In this document: positions 1-8,794 of the stretch, piece by piece
Position numbering within the stretch: the first letter of the stretch is position 1
Layout of the letters: each line of letters begins with the position of its first letter
From: Longimicrobiales bacterium
GTDB lineage: Bacteria; Gemmatimonadota; Gemmatimonadetes; Longimicrobiales; Gaopeijiaceae
Direction: 5' to 3'
DNA: 64,000 bases
NCBI GenBank assembly: GCA_965249725.1
Contig: CBDFMQ010000002.1
Location: 2,112,001 to 2,176,000 of the forward strand
Notes under the pieces: generated by a model
Seen by the model: the letters and a program-made list of their open reading frames with translations, nothing else
Told to the model about the DNA's origin: nothing
Databases searched by the model: none
Translations under genes and position numbers: made by a program

Positions 1-1
1 C

Positions 2-205
2 GCTCAGGCCGTGCCCCGAGAGCGTAGCGAAATCGAAGTCCGCCTCATCGGTGATGTCGCGTGGGCTCATTCGACCAGCATAACCCAGGGCCAAATGGGC
101 GACCGTGAGATCAATTCGCAGGGTGCTGAGCTCGCCGTGTTAACCCGAGAGGGTGGGACTTGGCGGATCAAGGCCATTCACTGGTCATCCCGACAGCGAC
201 GGTAA
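2..205 (+). CDS. Partial (5'-truncated by window edge) NTF2-like/DUF4440 family protein
   Basis: Frame is open from base 2; C-terminal pattern GDVAW...ELAVLTREGGTWRIKAIHWSSR is typical of SnoaL/DUF4440 folds. Confidence 0.7.
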   Translation, partial: AQAVPRERSEIEVRLIGDVAWAHSTSITQGQMGDREINSQGAELAVLTREGGTWRIKAIHWSSRQRR

Positions 206-381
206 CCTGTTTGCGGGAGCACAGTGTGGATGGGTCAAGGCGGGTCCATGGGCCCCGGAGTGCCTCCTGGATGGACGCCCATGGACGGTAGTGGCCGTAC
301 AGGCGGGGGCGTCTAGAGATTTTGAACGCACCCCGAGGGCCTGCGCGGTCACCTCGACGTCGCCCTCTCACGGACAAGCCC

Positions 382-3318
382 CTACTCGTCCGGGATCGGC
401 CTCTCCTCACCCGTAGCCAGGTTGCGATGATGCATGATCGTATTGAACACGAGGCCATACGACCCCAGCGTCTCACTGCGCCAGAACGGATTGAAGCTGA
501 ACATGATCACGTGTCCATCGCCGAGGGATACGTCCAGGAGTGCCGGGGCGCCGGCCAGGGTCTCGCCATTGCGAAGGCCACCGCTGATCAGGAGATCTTC
601 AACGTCACGGCTGTACCGCATGACGGTGCGAACGCGATTCGTGGCCGTGGAACCACCACCCTCGTCGTCTCCCTGCTCGGCCCTGAACGCTTCGACTCCG
701 GCCTCACCCAGGTCACCGCGACGCCCCTGGACCACATCGGCCTCGTCCGCGCCTCCACGACCCGTGCGCCGAGTGGTCGTGCTCCCCGGTCCGCCCAGAT
801 CCTCGGGCTCGCTGAAGCCGAATCCGCCGAAGCCGCCACGGCCGCCCCCTCCCACCTGGAAGATGGGAGCGGTGTTGAAGTACACACCCAGATCGTCACC
901 GTAGCCGTAGGTGATCGGACTGTCGGGGTCGGCCACCTGAGCTCTGAAGACGCCACCCCGAGCCCAGAGGTCGGGTGTCGTGCGAATGGTCACTCCCTGC
1001 GCCAACCCGAAGTGCGTGGGCAGAGACGAACTCGAGGAGAGCGTCACGAAGACACCGCCGGCCTCCACGAACGACTTCAGATTGACGACACCATCGAGAC
1101 CGAGGCCGCCCCGCATGTCCTCCGTCGAGTCCTGCCGCCCGATGTTCGGGGTGAGCGAGGACGCCTTCCACGGAATCGGCTCATCGCCGCTGAGTCCCTC
1201 GATGATGCTGAGAGCGTTGGCACTCGAGGGACCGAAGAGTATCACGTCATAGCGATCCCGCAGGTTCGGATCGTCCCGCACTGTGTGTACGGATATGTAC
1301 TCGTACGGGACTCCGAACTGGTCGAGCCCCAACCTCAGCCAGCCCTCGCTTTGCGTCGTCGTCCAGGTATGCATCACCGCCACCCGCGGCGTCTCGACGC
1401 TGTGGGTCGCCACGTCGGGCCGGGCGTCCACACCGTACGCGACGAAGCCGTGCTCTCGTGCGGCCATCTCGATCGCGCGGCCCAAACGCTCGTTGCCCTC
1501 GGCCCGGATGATGAACGACCCGGCGTTGAAGTCTCGGTCACCTGAGGTGAACGCACGCTCCGCGGCCTCGACCGAGATGTCGGGGTTGGCGAAGCGGAAG
1601 GCCGTGAGGTTGTTGTCGGCGTTGTAGTTGACGAGGTAGTAGCTGGGACTGCGGTCACCCTCCACACCCCCGGGCGCCACGATGGCCTTCTCCGCCAGGG
1701 TCATCGGGACATCCAGGATCGAGGTGTCCTCTACGCGTTCGGTCAGGACGTTGTGGAGCGGGCCGTGCGTCCAACCCACGTCATCGTACGGCCTCGGATC
1801 GTTGGGGTTGTAGTACTGCTTGTCGAGTATCATGTCCGCGCCCCGCGAAAAGGGCTGATCCATGCGCACCAGGTAGGTCCCCTCTGCGTATTCCGCCTCG
1901 CCCACCTCGAAGTCCGAGTCGGCCCGGTGCACCTCGAAGCCGTGCTGCTGAAGCAGAGAGAGCAGCCTCGCCTGCTGACCGGGTCGGGGATCGTCGGCCG
2001 GGAATACATAGGCGGCGGGGCCCTCGGCCGTGGCTTTGGCCACGGAACGGAGGGACTTCCGCCAGAAGTTGGAGACGAATTCCTGGCGGTTGTTGGCTAC
2101 TTCGTTGAGAGCGATCAGAATCGCGCTCTGCTGGAGATTGACGTTGTTTCGAATGGACCACACGACCTCGGACAACGGCGTGTTGGGCCGGTGCCACTCC
2201 CGTTGGACGTCGGCCTGGATGACCCGGGTCTCTCCGCTGCCCGCACCCTGCGTCTCGTAGAAGCGCCCCATGCCGTTGTGAAGGTGTGCCACGAACATCA
2301 TGTAGTTGGGGGCCCATCCATCGTAGAAGTCGTGCGTATAGACCCCGGGCACCCCCAGAGCCGTCATCTCCTCGACCTCCTTGTAGGCGAGGCGGTTCCA
2401 CTCGTTGATCACGATGGGGTCGACCCAAGCGTTGTAGGGCCCCCGGCCGGTAGACGTGTAGAGGTGGGACGCCGACTCGTGAAGGTCATGGAAGACGAGC
2501 GGGCGATACTCGAGAAACGTCTTCACGACAGACTTCGAGAGCGCCAGCGAGAGCCCCATCCCGTCACGGTTGTTGTCGTGAGCCACGTACTCACCCCAGT
2601 AGAGCGGACGCGTGGGCAGGTTGGCATCGGGGTCCTTGCGGGGGCCCATATGTAGGTCCACGACCTTGGCCCGGCCGTCCACTTCGATGACCGGCGTCGT
2701 CAGGAAGATCAGGTTGTCACGAATGTCCCGAACGAAGTCGGACTCGTCCACGGCCAGGCGGTAGACGAGCTCCATGAGCATCTCGGGCGATCCGGTTTCC
2801 GGCGAATGGATGGCCCCGGTGGCCCAATACATCGGCACCGTCGACGAGATGAGCCGCTCTGCGTCCGCCTGGCTCGTGATGCGTGGGTCACCGAGCTTTG
2901 CGATGTCGGCCTTGTGCGTTTCCAGATTCCGGATGTTCTCCTCGCTGGATGCCACGACGAGGATGAGCTCCCTGCCCTCTTCGGTACGCCCGATCGTGTG
3001 CACCTCGACACGGGGCGAGGCGTCCGCGACCGCCCTCATGTACCGGTAGACCTCCTCCGGATAGCTGAGCACATCCGCCGCCCCGGCGATATGACCCAGG
3101 ACGTCGAGTGGAGTCGGCACGGTCACGGACTCCGGCAGATGATCCACGTGGGGAGTGGAGAAAAACTCCTCGGTCGTGAATTCGCGGATCTTGGCCGTGT
3201 ACTCCTCGTCGATCGACTGCTGGGCAGCGGCGACGCCCGGGAGGATCTGAAGAGTGAAGAGAACCGAGAACGTCACCCACAGCGGGCGCATCGACCGATC
3301 TATCCTCGACGACAGCAT
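382..3318 (-). CDS. Secreted M14-family zinc carboxypeptidase with C-terminal accessory domains
   Basis: 978 aa; signal peptide ending AAAQ; Zn/substrate motifs IHSPE, HDNNRD, HDLHE; IGRTEEGREL; RBS AAGGAG upstream of ATG. Confidence 0.85.
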   Translation of the reverse strand: MLSSRIDRSMRPLWVTFSVLFTLQILPGVAAAQQSIDEEYTAKIREFTTEEFFSTPHVDHLPESVTVPTPLDVLGHIAGAADVLSYPEEVYRYMRAVADASPRVEVHTIGRTEEGRELILVVASSEENIRNLETHKADIAKLGDPRITSQADAERLISSTVPMYWATGAIHSPETGSPEMLMELVYRLAVDESDFVRDIRDNLIFLTTPVIEVDGRAKVVDLHMGPRKDPDANLPTRPLYWGEYVAHDNNRDGMGLSLALSKSVVKTFLEYRPLVFHDLHESASHLYTSTGRGPYNAWVDPIVINEWNRLAYKEVEEMTALGVPGVYTHDFYDGWAPNYMMFVAHLHNGMGRFYETQGAGSGETRVIQADVQREWHRPNTPLSEVVWSIRNNVNLQQSAILIALNEVANNRQEFVSNFWRKSLRSVAKATAEGPAAYVFPADDPRPGQQARLLSLLQQHGFEVHRADSDFEVGEAEYAEGTYLVRMDQPFSRGADMILDKQYYNPNDPRPYDDVGWTHGPLHNVLTERVEDTSILDVPMTLAEKAIVAPGGVEGDRSPSYYLVNYNADNNLTAFRFANPDISVEAAERAFTSGDRDFNAGSFIIRAEGNERLGRAIEMAAREHGFVAYGVDARPDVATHSVETPRVAVMHTWTTTQSEGWLRLGLDQFGVPYEYISVHTVRDDPNLRDRYDVILFGPSSANALSIIEGLSGDEPIPWKASSLTPNIGRQDSTEDMRGGLGLDGVVNLKSFVEAGGVFVTLSSSSSLPTHFGLAQGVTIRTTPDLWARGGVFRAQVADPDSPITYGYGDDLGVYFNTAPIFQVGGGGRGGFGGFGFSEPEDLGGPGSTTTRRTGRGGADEADVVQGRRGDLGEAGVEAFRAEQGDDEGGGSTATNRVRTVMRYSRDVEDLLISGGLRNGETLAGAPALLDVSLGDGHVIMFSFNPFWRSETLGSYGLVFNTIMHHRNLATGEERPIPDE

Positions 3319-3542
3319 ATTGAACTCCTTAATTGGGCAAGCGACGGCGTCGTTTGGCCACCTTTGGCCCGGCGGATCTTAGAGGGAACGCGCGAGGCGC
3401 TTCCCCAGCTCGCAAGGTCGATAAAATAGCACGCGGAGCGGGGGCAGACACGGGGGGCGGGGCGCCCCTAATGCCGGAGTGTCGACGACGATGTCGACGC
3501 GTGGCGGCGAAACGTCGCCGAAGGGTGGGGGTGGCCGTCGCC

Positions 3543-3572
3543 GAAGGGTGGCGGCTAGCGCCGCCACCCTTC
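3543..3572 (-). terminator. Perfect 13-bp GC-rich stem-loop just downstream of the lipoprotein gene (no U-tract)
   Basis: GAAGGGTGGCGGC-TAGC-GCCGCCACCCTTC, ending 13 nt beyond the stop codon at 3586. Confidence 0.55.
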
Positions 3573-3585
3573 AGACATCAGGCGC

Positions 3586-4494
3586 CTATCGGATCGATGC
3601 CGTTCCAGCGGGCAGCGAACCGGCGTTGTTCCCGAGCTCGTAGGTCGTGTGATCCACAGCGTCGGTCGGGATCGTGCCGACGAGCGGTTTCAGCGTGAAG
3701 GGCGCGGCATCGTCGTCGGGAGACGGCTCGATCGAAATGACCGCTGTGCCGCTGGCGAGGTCGGTGGGAAACGTCAGGCCCGCGGGGGCGTTTACCAGGT
3801 AGTCCTCACCAGGGAAAGGCGGACCGTCCATGGTTCCGCTGAACGGATCGCTGTCATCAACGACATCCACCGCGATGAAGGTCCCCGAGGTCACCGGGGT
3901 GCCGCCCGTGACCACCCAACCCTCGTACTTCCAGCCCGCCGGGAGCGTGGGCAGTGTCAGTCCCACGGCCGGCGCTCCAGAGGCGAGGCTCAGAAACCAG
4001 ATCCCGCTGTTCTCATCGGTGTCGGCGCCGTTCGTCGGTGTGGCCAGAATGTAGTCTCCCGCCGCCGTCGTGAAGTCGCTCCCGAGAGCGGACGCATGCC
4101 CTACCGAGAGCGTCGCCGATGCGTTCGCCACGGTGCCTGCCGCGATGTGCGTGTCGGCCGGAACCGCGTCCGTATCCCCCGACGGCTCGACCGTAAGGAC
4201 GATGGCAGAGGCGGCTGACAGATCCACGCCTGTAACGAAGTCCCCGCCCGGAATGCTGGCACCGGACGTAGTGATGAGGCCCCCGCCTGAATCGAGGTTG
4301 AACTTACCGGTGGACACCGGCGCTCCGGCGATGATCGCCCAGCCCTCGTAGTGGAAGCCGTTCTGCAGCGGGTCGAATCCCGTCAGCGTCAGCCGAAGCG
4401 TCTCCGTCAGGGGTGCGGTAGGGTCGTCATCGCTGCAGGCGGTACCCAAGCACACCGTCAGTGCCAAGACGCCGGTCAACATGAGTCTCTTCAT
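3586..4494 (-). CDS. Lipoprotein with two internal repeats (family often labelled anti-sigma factor/RskA-C-like)
   Basis: Lipobox LGTAC followed by SDDD; repeated motifs YEGWAIIAGAPVSTGKF and YEGWVVTGGTPVTSGTF; RBS GAGGAG. Confidence 0.7.
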   Translation of the reverse strand: MKRLMLTGVLALTVCLGTACSDDDPTAPLTETLRLTLTGFDPLQNGFHYEGWAIIAGAPVSTGKFNLDSGGGLITTSGASIPGGDFVTGVDLSAASAIVLTVEPSGDTDAVPADTHIAAGTVANASATLSVGHASALGSDFTTAAGDYILATPTNGADTDENSGIWFLSLASGAPAVGLTLPTLPAGWKYEGWVVTGGTPVTSGTFIAVDVVDDSDPFSGTMDGPPFPGEDYLVNAPAGLTFPTDLASGTAVISIEPSPDDDAAPFTLKPLVGTIPTDAVDHTTYELGNNAGSLPAGTASIR

Positions 4495-4677
4495 CGATCT
4501 CTCCTCGTAGGGGAGTGCATCTCGCTGGTTAGGTCACGCAGACCGCGTGACGAGCAACGAATGCCACTCCTTGCACGAGGCATGCTCACCCCTGGGCTGG
4601 GGGCCAGAAGAGGCAGTTTCCCTAGCCAGGAGGCCGATTCTCCTCGGCCCTCGACGCTCCCGTCGGCTCCGCTCATG

Positions 4678-4725
4678 CGTTCCACGAAACAGCCCTGCCA
4701 CGTTCCATGGCCTGCCACTGAAACG
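4678..4725. promoter_or_regulatory. Candidate enhancer sites for the adjacent sigma54 activator
   Basis: CGTTCCACGAAACA (4678-4691), CGTTCCATG (4701-4709) and TGAAACG (4719-4725) resemble a CGTTTCATGAAACG palindrome. Confidence 0.4.
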
Positions 4726-4901
4726 GTCCGCACTCGGCCGAAACCCCCGAAACGCCCGGAATCACGGGATCTGTAGGCAAGGAACGGTTCGTGCATCAGG
4801 AGCCCTGGAGTCAAACCGGCTCCGGTACTCGGCCTTGGCGGTCACACCGACGATCCATTAGCGTGAATCCAGGCCGAGATCCCGGCCAAAGGAGTAGATC
4901 C

Positions 4902-6659
4902 GTGACGCTACAGCGTTCACTCATGGCCCTGGTGGCCCTCGCCCTCTTCGCGGGGCTCTTCCCTCTGGCTCTGGTCCTCGACCGGCGGCTCGAGTCCGCC
5001 CTGGAGCAGAAGGCTCGTGAAGACCTGGAACTGGCCCCGCTCGTTCTGGAGAGCCGGGTCGCGGACCTGGCAGGCGGCCGGATGATGCACGCCAAGGAAC
5101 TGGGGGTAACGCCCGGCCTAGCCGTCGCGCTCGCGAACAGCGACAACGACCGGGCTCGGAGTTTGCTCCGAGACGCGCCGGGTTACCCGGGTGAGCGTCC
5201 CCTCCTCGTAGGAGCGGAGGGCCAGTCGTTACTCGGACCGCTACCCCCCGGCTCTTTGGTCGACCAGACCCGAGATGGCGGCATGCCGGTACGTGTGATC
5301 TTGCTCGGAGACAGCTTGCTCGCCACGGTCGCCCTCGCCCCCGTCATGCACGACGGCAGCTGGGCTGGAAGCGCGGGTATCTGGACACCCATCGACATGG
5401 ATGAGTCCGCGCATCTGGCGGCACTGACTCGGACCAACGTCTTGATCTCGTTCGGGCCGGGCACGTTGGGTCCCTACTCGGGTCAGGGCGAGGCGGCCAT
5501 GGGCCTCCAGGCGGCGCTGGTCGATCGTGGCTCGCCGGAGAACGAAGTGGTCGAGCTCGAGTGGGAGGGTGCCCGGCACCTACTTCGCAGCGCCCTCATG
5601 GATGAGGCCAAGGTGACCTTCGTGCGGAATCTGGACGACGAGATGGCCATCGTCCCTGAGCTCCGACGGGCCGGCCTGATGCTCTTGATGGCCGCCCTCG
5701 CGTTCGCGCTGGTGGTGGGCGGCGGCTTCGCCACCCGGCTCGCACGGCCCATCACAGCCTTGGCGGCGGCGGCAGATCGGGTTGCTGCCGGTGATTTCGA
5801 GACACCGGTGCCCGGCTCCGCCATCCAGGAGGTGGAGCAGGTCAGAGAGGCGTTCGACGTGATGCGCGTCGCCCTGGCGGAACGCTTGGAGGAACTCAAG
5901 GTCGCGAATCGGGAACTCGCCGACGGTCAGGCCCGCCTCGGCGCGCTCCAGGGCGAGTTGATCCAACGGGACCGACTGGCAGCCGCCGGACGGCTCCTGA
6001 CCCAGCTCGCCCACGAGATACGCAATCCTGTGGCCAACGTGCGCAACTGCCTGGAGATCCTCCGCCGCCGAGTCCACACCGATCCTGAGGCCCGGGACTT
6101 CGCCGACATGGCCATCGATGAGCTCCTGCGTATGCACGAGCTGGCCGAGCAGATGCTCGACCTACACAGGCCGCGTGATCCCACCGAAACGGAATGCGAC
6201 GCCGCCACGGTGGCGAGAGAGGTGGCCTCGCTGATGAGGGTGGGACTACGAGACCAGGATATCGAGGTCTCCGTGACGGCCGAGGAGTCCGCCGAAGCGG
6301 CCCTGCCGCCCGATACACTCAAGCAGATCCTCCTGAACGTCACGCAGAACGCATGCGAAGCGATGCGCACGGCCGGAGATGTGCATCTCGACGTGCATCG
6401 GGAACCCCAAGCCGTCGTTGTGGAGGTCCAGGATACCGGACCGGGCATCCAGGCTGAGGTTCTGCCTCACATCTTCGATCCGTTCTTCACGACCAAGGCA
6501 TCCGTGGACGGCGTGGGCCTCGGTCTGTTCACGGCGGAGGGCCTTCTGCGGGGCGCCGGTGGTCGTATGACGGCGCGGAACCGCGATGACGGTACCGGAG
6601 CAATCTTCAGAATCGAGCTTCCCGCCGTGGCGACGGCAGAAGCCGAGGCGGGGGCCTGA
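4902..6659 (+). CDS. Membrane-bound HAMP-domain sensor histidine kinase
   Basis: Two TM segments, HAMP, H-box LAHEIRNP, N-box QNACEA, G1 DTGPGI, F-box FDPFFTTK, G2 GVGLGL; GTG at 4902 chosen from upstream AAGGAG. Confidence 0.92.
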   Translation: MTLQRSLMALVALALFAGLFPLALVLDRRLESALEQKAREDLELAPLVLESRVADLAGGRMMHAKELGVTPGLAVALANSDNDRARSLLRDAPGYPGERPLLVGAEGQSLLGPLPPGSLVDQTRDGGMPVRVILLGDSLLATVALAPVMHDGSWAGSAGIWTPIDMDESAHLAALTRTNVLISFGPGTLGPYSGQGEAAMGLQAALVDRGSPENEVVELEWEGARHLLRSALMDEAKVTFVRNLDDEMAIVPELRRAGLMLLMAALAFALVVGGGFATRLARPITALAAAADRVAAGDFETPVPGSAIQEVEQVREAFDVMRVALAERLEELKVANRELADGQARLGALQGELIQRDRLAAAGRLLTQLAHEIRNPVANVRNCLEILRRRVHTDPEARDFADMAIDELLRMHELAEQMLDLHRPRDPTETECDAATVAREVASLMRVGLRDQDIEVSVTAEESAEAALPPDTLKQILLNVTQNACEAMRTAGDVHLDVHREPQAVVVEVQDTGPGIQAEVLPHIFDPFFTTKASVDGVGLGLFTAEGLLRGAGGRMTARNRDDGTGAIFRIELPAVATAEAEAGA

Positions 6660-8023
6660 TGGGCGCCGGTCGGCTGCTCCTGGTCGACGACGACCGCGCG
6701 TTCCGACGGTCCACGGGCACATTGCTCGCACAAGACGGGCACGAGGTCGCGGAGGCCGCGAATGCGTCCGAGGCCGTGGACGCTCTCAAGGAGCGTAGCT
6801 TCGACCTCATCCTCCTGGACCTTCGCATGCCCGGCCTGGACGGCATACGGCTTGTGGAAGTGCTGCGGGAGTGGGGAGAGGACGTACCCATACTCATGAT
6901 CAGTGGGTTCGGATCGGTCGAAGCGGCCGTACAGGCCATGCACACGGGTGCCGACGACTTCCTGACCAAGCCCGTCGAGCCCTCTGTCCTGAGTGCGCGC
7001 GTATCCGACCTCTTGGAGCGACGCCCGGTCGCCGATGGTGGCGCAGACAGCCCCGGAGGAATCATCGGCCGATCGCCGGCCATCAAGGGTGTCTTCGACG
7101 CCATCGAGAGAGTGGCTGGGACCGATGCGACGGTGCTCATCGGCGGCGAGACAGGTACCGGAAAAGAGCTCGTTGCTCGAGCCATCCATGACGCCTCGCC
7201 ACGCTCGCAACGTGCGTTTCTGGCGGTGAATTGCGCGGCACTCTCTGATGGCGTACTGGAATCCGAGCTCTTCGGACACCTGAAGGGTGCGTTTACCGGT
7301 GCGGTACGTGATCGAGAGGGCGTGTTCCAATCCGCGGACGGAGGGACCCTGCTGCTGGATGAAGTCGGTGACATGGCACCGGCCATGCAGCACCGATTGT
7401 TGAGGGTCCTTCAAGAGAGGGAGGTGACGCCCGTCGGAGGCGCTCACCCTATCCCCGTTGACGTGCGCATCATCGCCGCCAGCAACCGCGACCTCAAGAC
7501 TGCCGTAGCCGAGGGGGCCTTCCGCGAGGACCTCTTCTATCGGTTGAACGTCTTCCGCATCGACCTGCCTCCCCTGCGTGAGCGCCGCTCAGACCTGCCC
7601 CTACTGGTGGAGCACTTTCTTAGGGGCCGCGGCTCGTCGGAGGCCGGGGCCTTCGCTACGTCGTGCTCACCGTTTGCGATGCGGAAGATCCAGGGATACC
7701 ACTGGCCGGGGAACGTCCGGGAGCTGTTTGCGGCTCTGGAGAGCGCCCGGATCCAAGCCGGGGGGGACCGCGTCGAGGCGCAGCACCTCCCGCAAGAGGT
7801 CCGTACCGCGGACGGCGCGGGGCCATCTCCGCTGGAGCGGTATCGTCATGGGGGCACGCTGGCCGACGAACGAGCTGCGATCGAGATCGCCTTGGAAGAG
7901 GCCGAGGGTCAACGGTCCAGGGCCGCGGAGATTCTCGGAATGGGCCGAACCACGTTGTGGCGCAAGATGAAGGCGTACGGGTTCATCGTGGAGGGGGACG
8001 CGACCCCGGAGGATTCGGACTAG
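6659..8023 (+). CDS. Sigma54-dependent response regulator (NtrC/AtoC family: REC-AAA+-Fis HTH)
   Basis: VDDD/LDLRMP receiver, GETGTGKE, GAFTGA, LLDEVG, FREDLFYRLNV, WPGNVRE, GRTTLWRK; TGATG overlap with the kinase. Confidence 0.95.
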   Translation: MGAGRLLLVDDDRAFRRSTGTLLAQDGHEVAEAANASEAVDALKERSFDLILLDLRMPGLDGIRLVEVLREWGEDVPILMISGFGSVEAAVQAMHTGADDFLTKPVEPSVLSARVSDLLERRPVADGGADSPGGIIGRSPAIKGVFDAIERVAGTDATVLIGGETGTGKELVARAIHDASPRSQRAFLAVNCAALSDGVLESELFGHLKGAFTGAVRDREGVFQSADGGTLLLDEVGDMAPAMQHRLLRVLQEREVTPVGGAHPIPVDVRIIAASNRDLKTAVAEGAFREDLFYRLNVFRIDLPPLRERRSDLPLLVEHFLRGRGSSEAGAFATSCSPFAMRKIQGYHWPGNVRELFAALESARIQAGGDRVEAQHLPQEVRTADGAGPSPLERYRHGGTLADERAAIEIALEEAEGQRSRAAEILGMGRTTLWRKMKAYGFIVEGDATPEDSD

Positions 8024-8077
8024 CCGGACCGGCCCGAGGATCCGTCTGTGTCGGTCCCGGGGATCCGTCTGTCGGGG

Positions 8078-8365
8078 TTAAGATCCGTCGGGTGCGGGCC
8101 TCGGGTGGAACGTGCTGGCCACGATGCGCCATGAGCCGTCCTCCTGGCGTTCCATGACGGACAGCATCTTCCCGTACGTGGTCGTGGGCCCGTCTCGCCC
8201 GGGCACCATCTCGTGCAGGTCGAAGTCCATCCATCGGTAGGCCATGTCTCCTCGGCCCTCGATCGTGACGCTGGGGAGATCATAGTCCAGGAAGTCGAGC
8301 CCCCGGTCTCCAATGGACCGGACCATATCCTCTAGCGCCGGCCGGCCACGCGTCATCGACCCACT
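8078..8365 (-). pseudogene. 3' fragment of an NTF2-like/DUF4440 gene
   Basis: ...GSMTRGRPALEDM...IEGRGDMAY...GKMLSVMERQEDGSWRIVA; its N-terminus is replaced by antisense permease sequence. Confidence 0.6.
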
Positions 8366-8722
8366 GCGGTCGCCCTGGCTCTGGGCGTCGTCGGCATCTA
8401 TGGCGTCATCTCGTACATCGTGAGCCAACGCACCCGAGAGATCGGAGTGCGCATGGCGCTCGGGGCCGGCGGTAGCGATGTGAGCCGTATGGTCCTACGC
8501 CAAGGGATGATCCTGGCAGGCAGTGGGGTGGTCATCGGGCTGATCGTCGCGATGGGGCTCACGCGTCTGATGTCGTCGCTGCTCTACGGGGTGGAAGCCA
8601 CGGACCCGGTCACGTTCGGGGTGGTCGCGGCGGTGTTGAGCGCAGTAGCGCTACTCGCGTCCTATCTGCCGGCATTGCGCGCCTCGCGGACCGATCCCGT
8701 CGAAACGCTGCGTTTCGAGTAA
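8363..8722 (+). pseudogene. C-terminal fragment of an ABC/FtsX-like (ADOP-type) permease
   Basis: AVALALGVVGIYGVISYIVSQRTREIGVRMALGA...LASYLPALRASRTDPVETLRFE; only about 120 codons of a normally several-hundred-aa protein. Confidence 0.85.
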
Positions 8723-8724
8723 CG

Positions 8725-8753
8725 TTGACGCCGCGTGTGACAGTTTTTAGGTT
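8725..8753 (+). promoter_or_regulatory. Sigma70-type promoter of the DHOR-Rieske-porin operon
   Basis: TTGACG (8725-8730), 17-nt spacer, TAGGTT (8748-8753); AGGAG at 8784-8788; GTG at 8795. Confidence 0.7.
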
Positions 8754-8779
8754 TGCCTAAATAAATTAGGCCGACCTAA
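8747..8779. promoter_or_regulatory. Two tandem DtxR/MntR/SirR-type operator palindromes
   Basis: TTAGG-TTTG-CCTAA (8747-8760) and TTAGG-CCGA-CCTAA (8766-8779), in a sharply AT-rich patch overlapping the -10 and +1 positions. Confidence 0.8.
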
Positions 8780-8794
8780 AATCAGGAGATACGC

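Noticed and set aside
4553..4566. TGGCATTCGTTGCT on the minus strand as a sigma54 promoter
   Set aside because: GG-to-GC spacing is 8 nt rather than the required 10
8038..8090. Short repeats GGATCCGTCTGT x2 and GATCCGTC x3
   Set aside because: Too short and irregular for an array; probably local slippage at a gene 3' end
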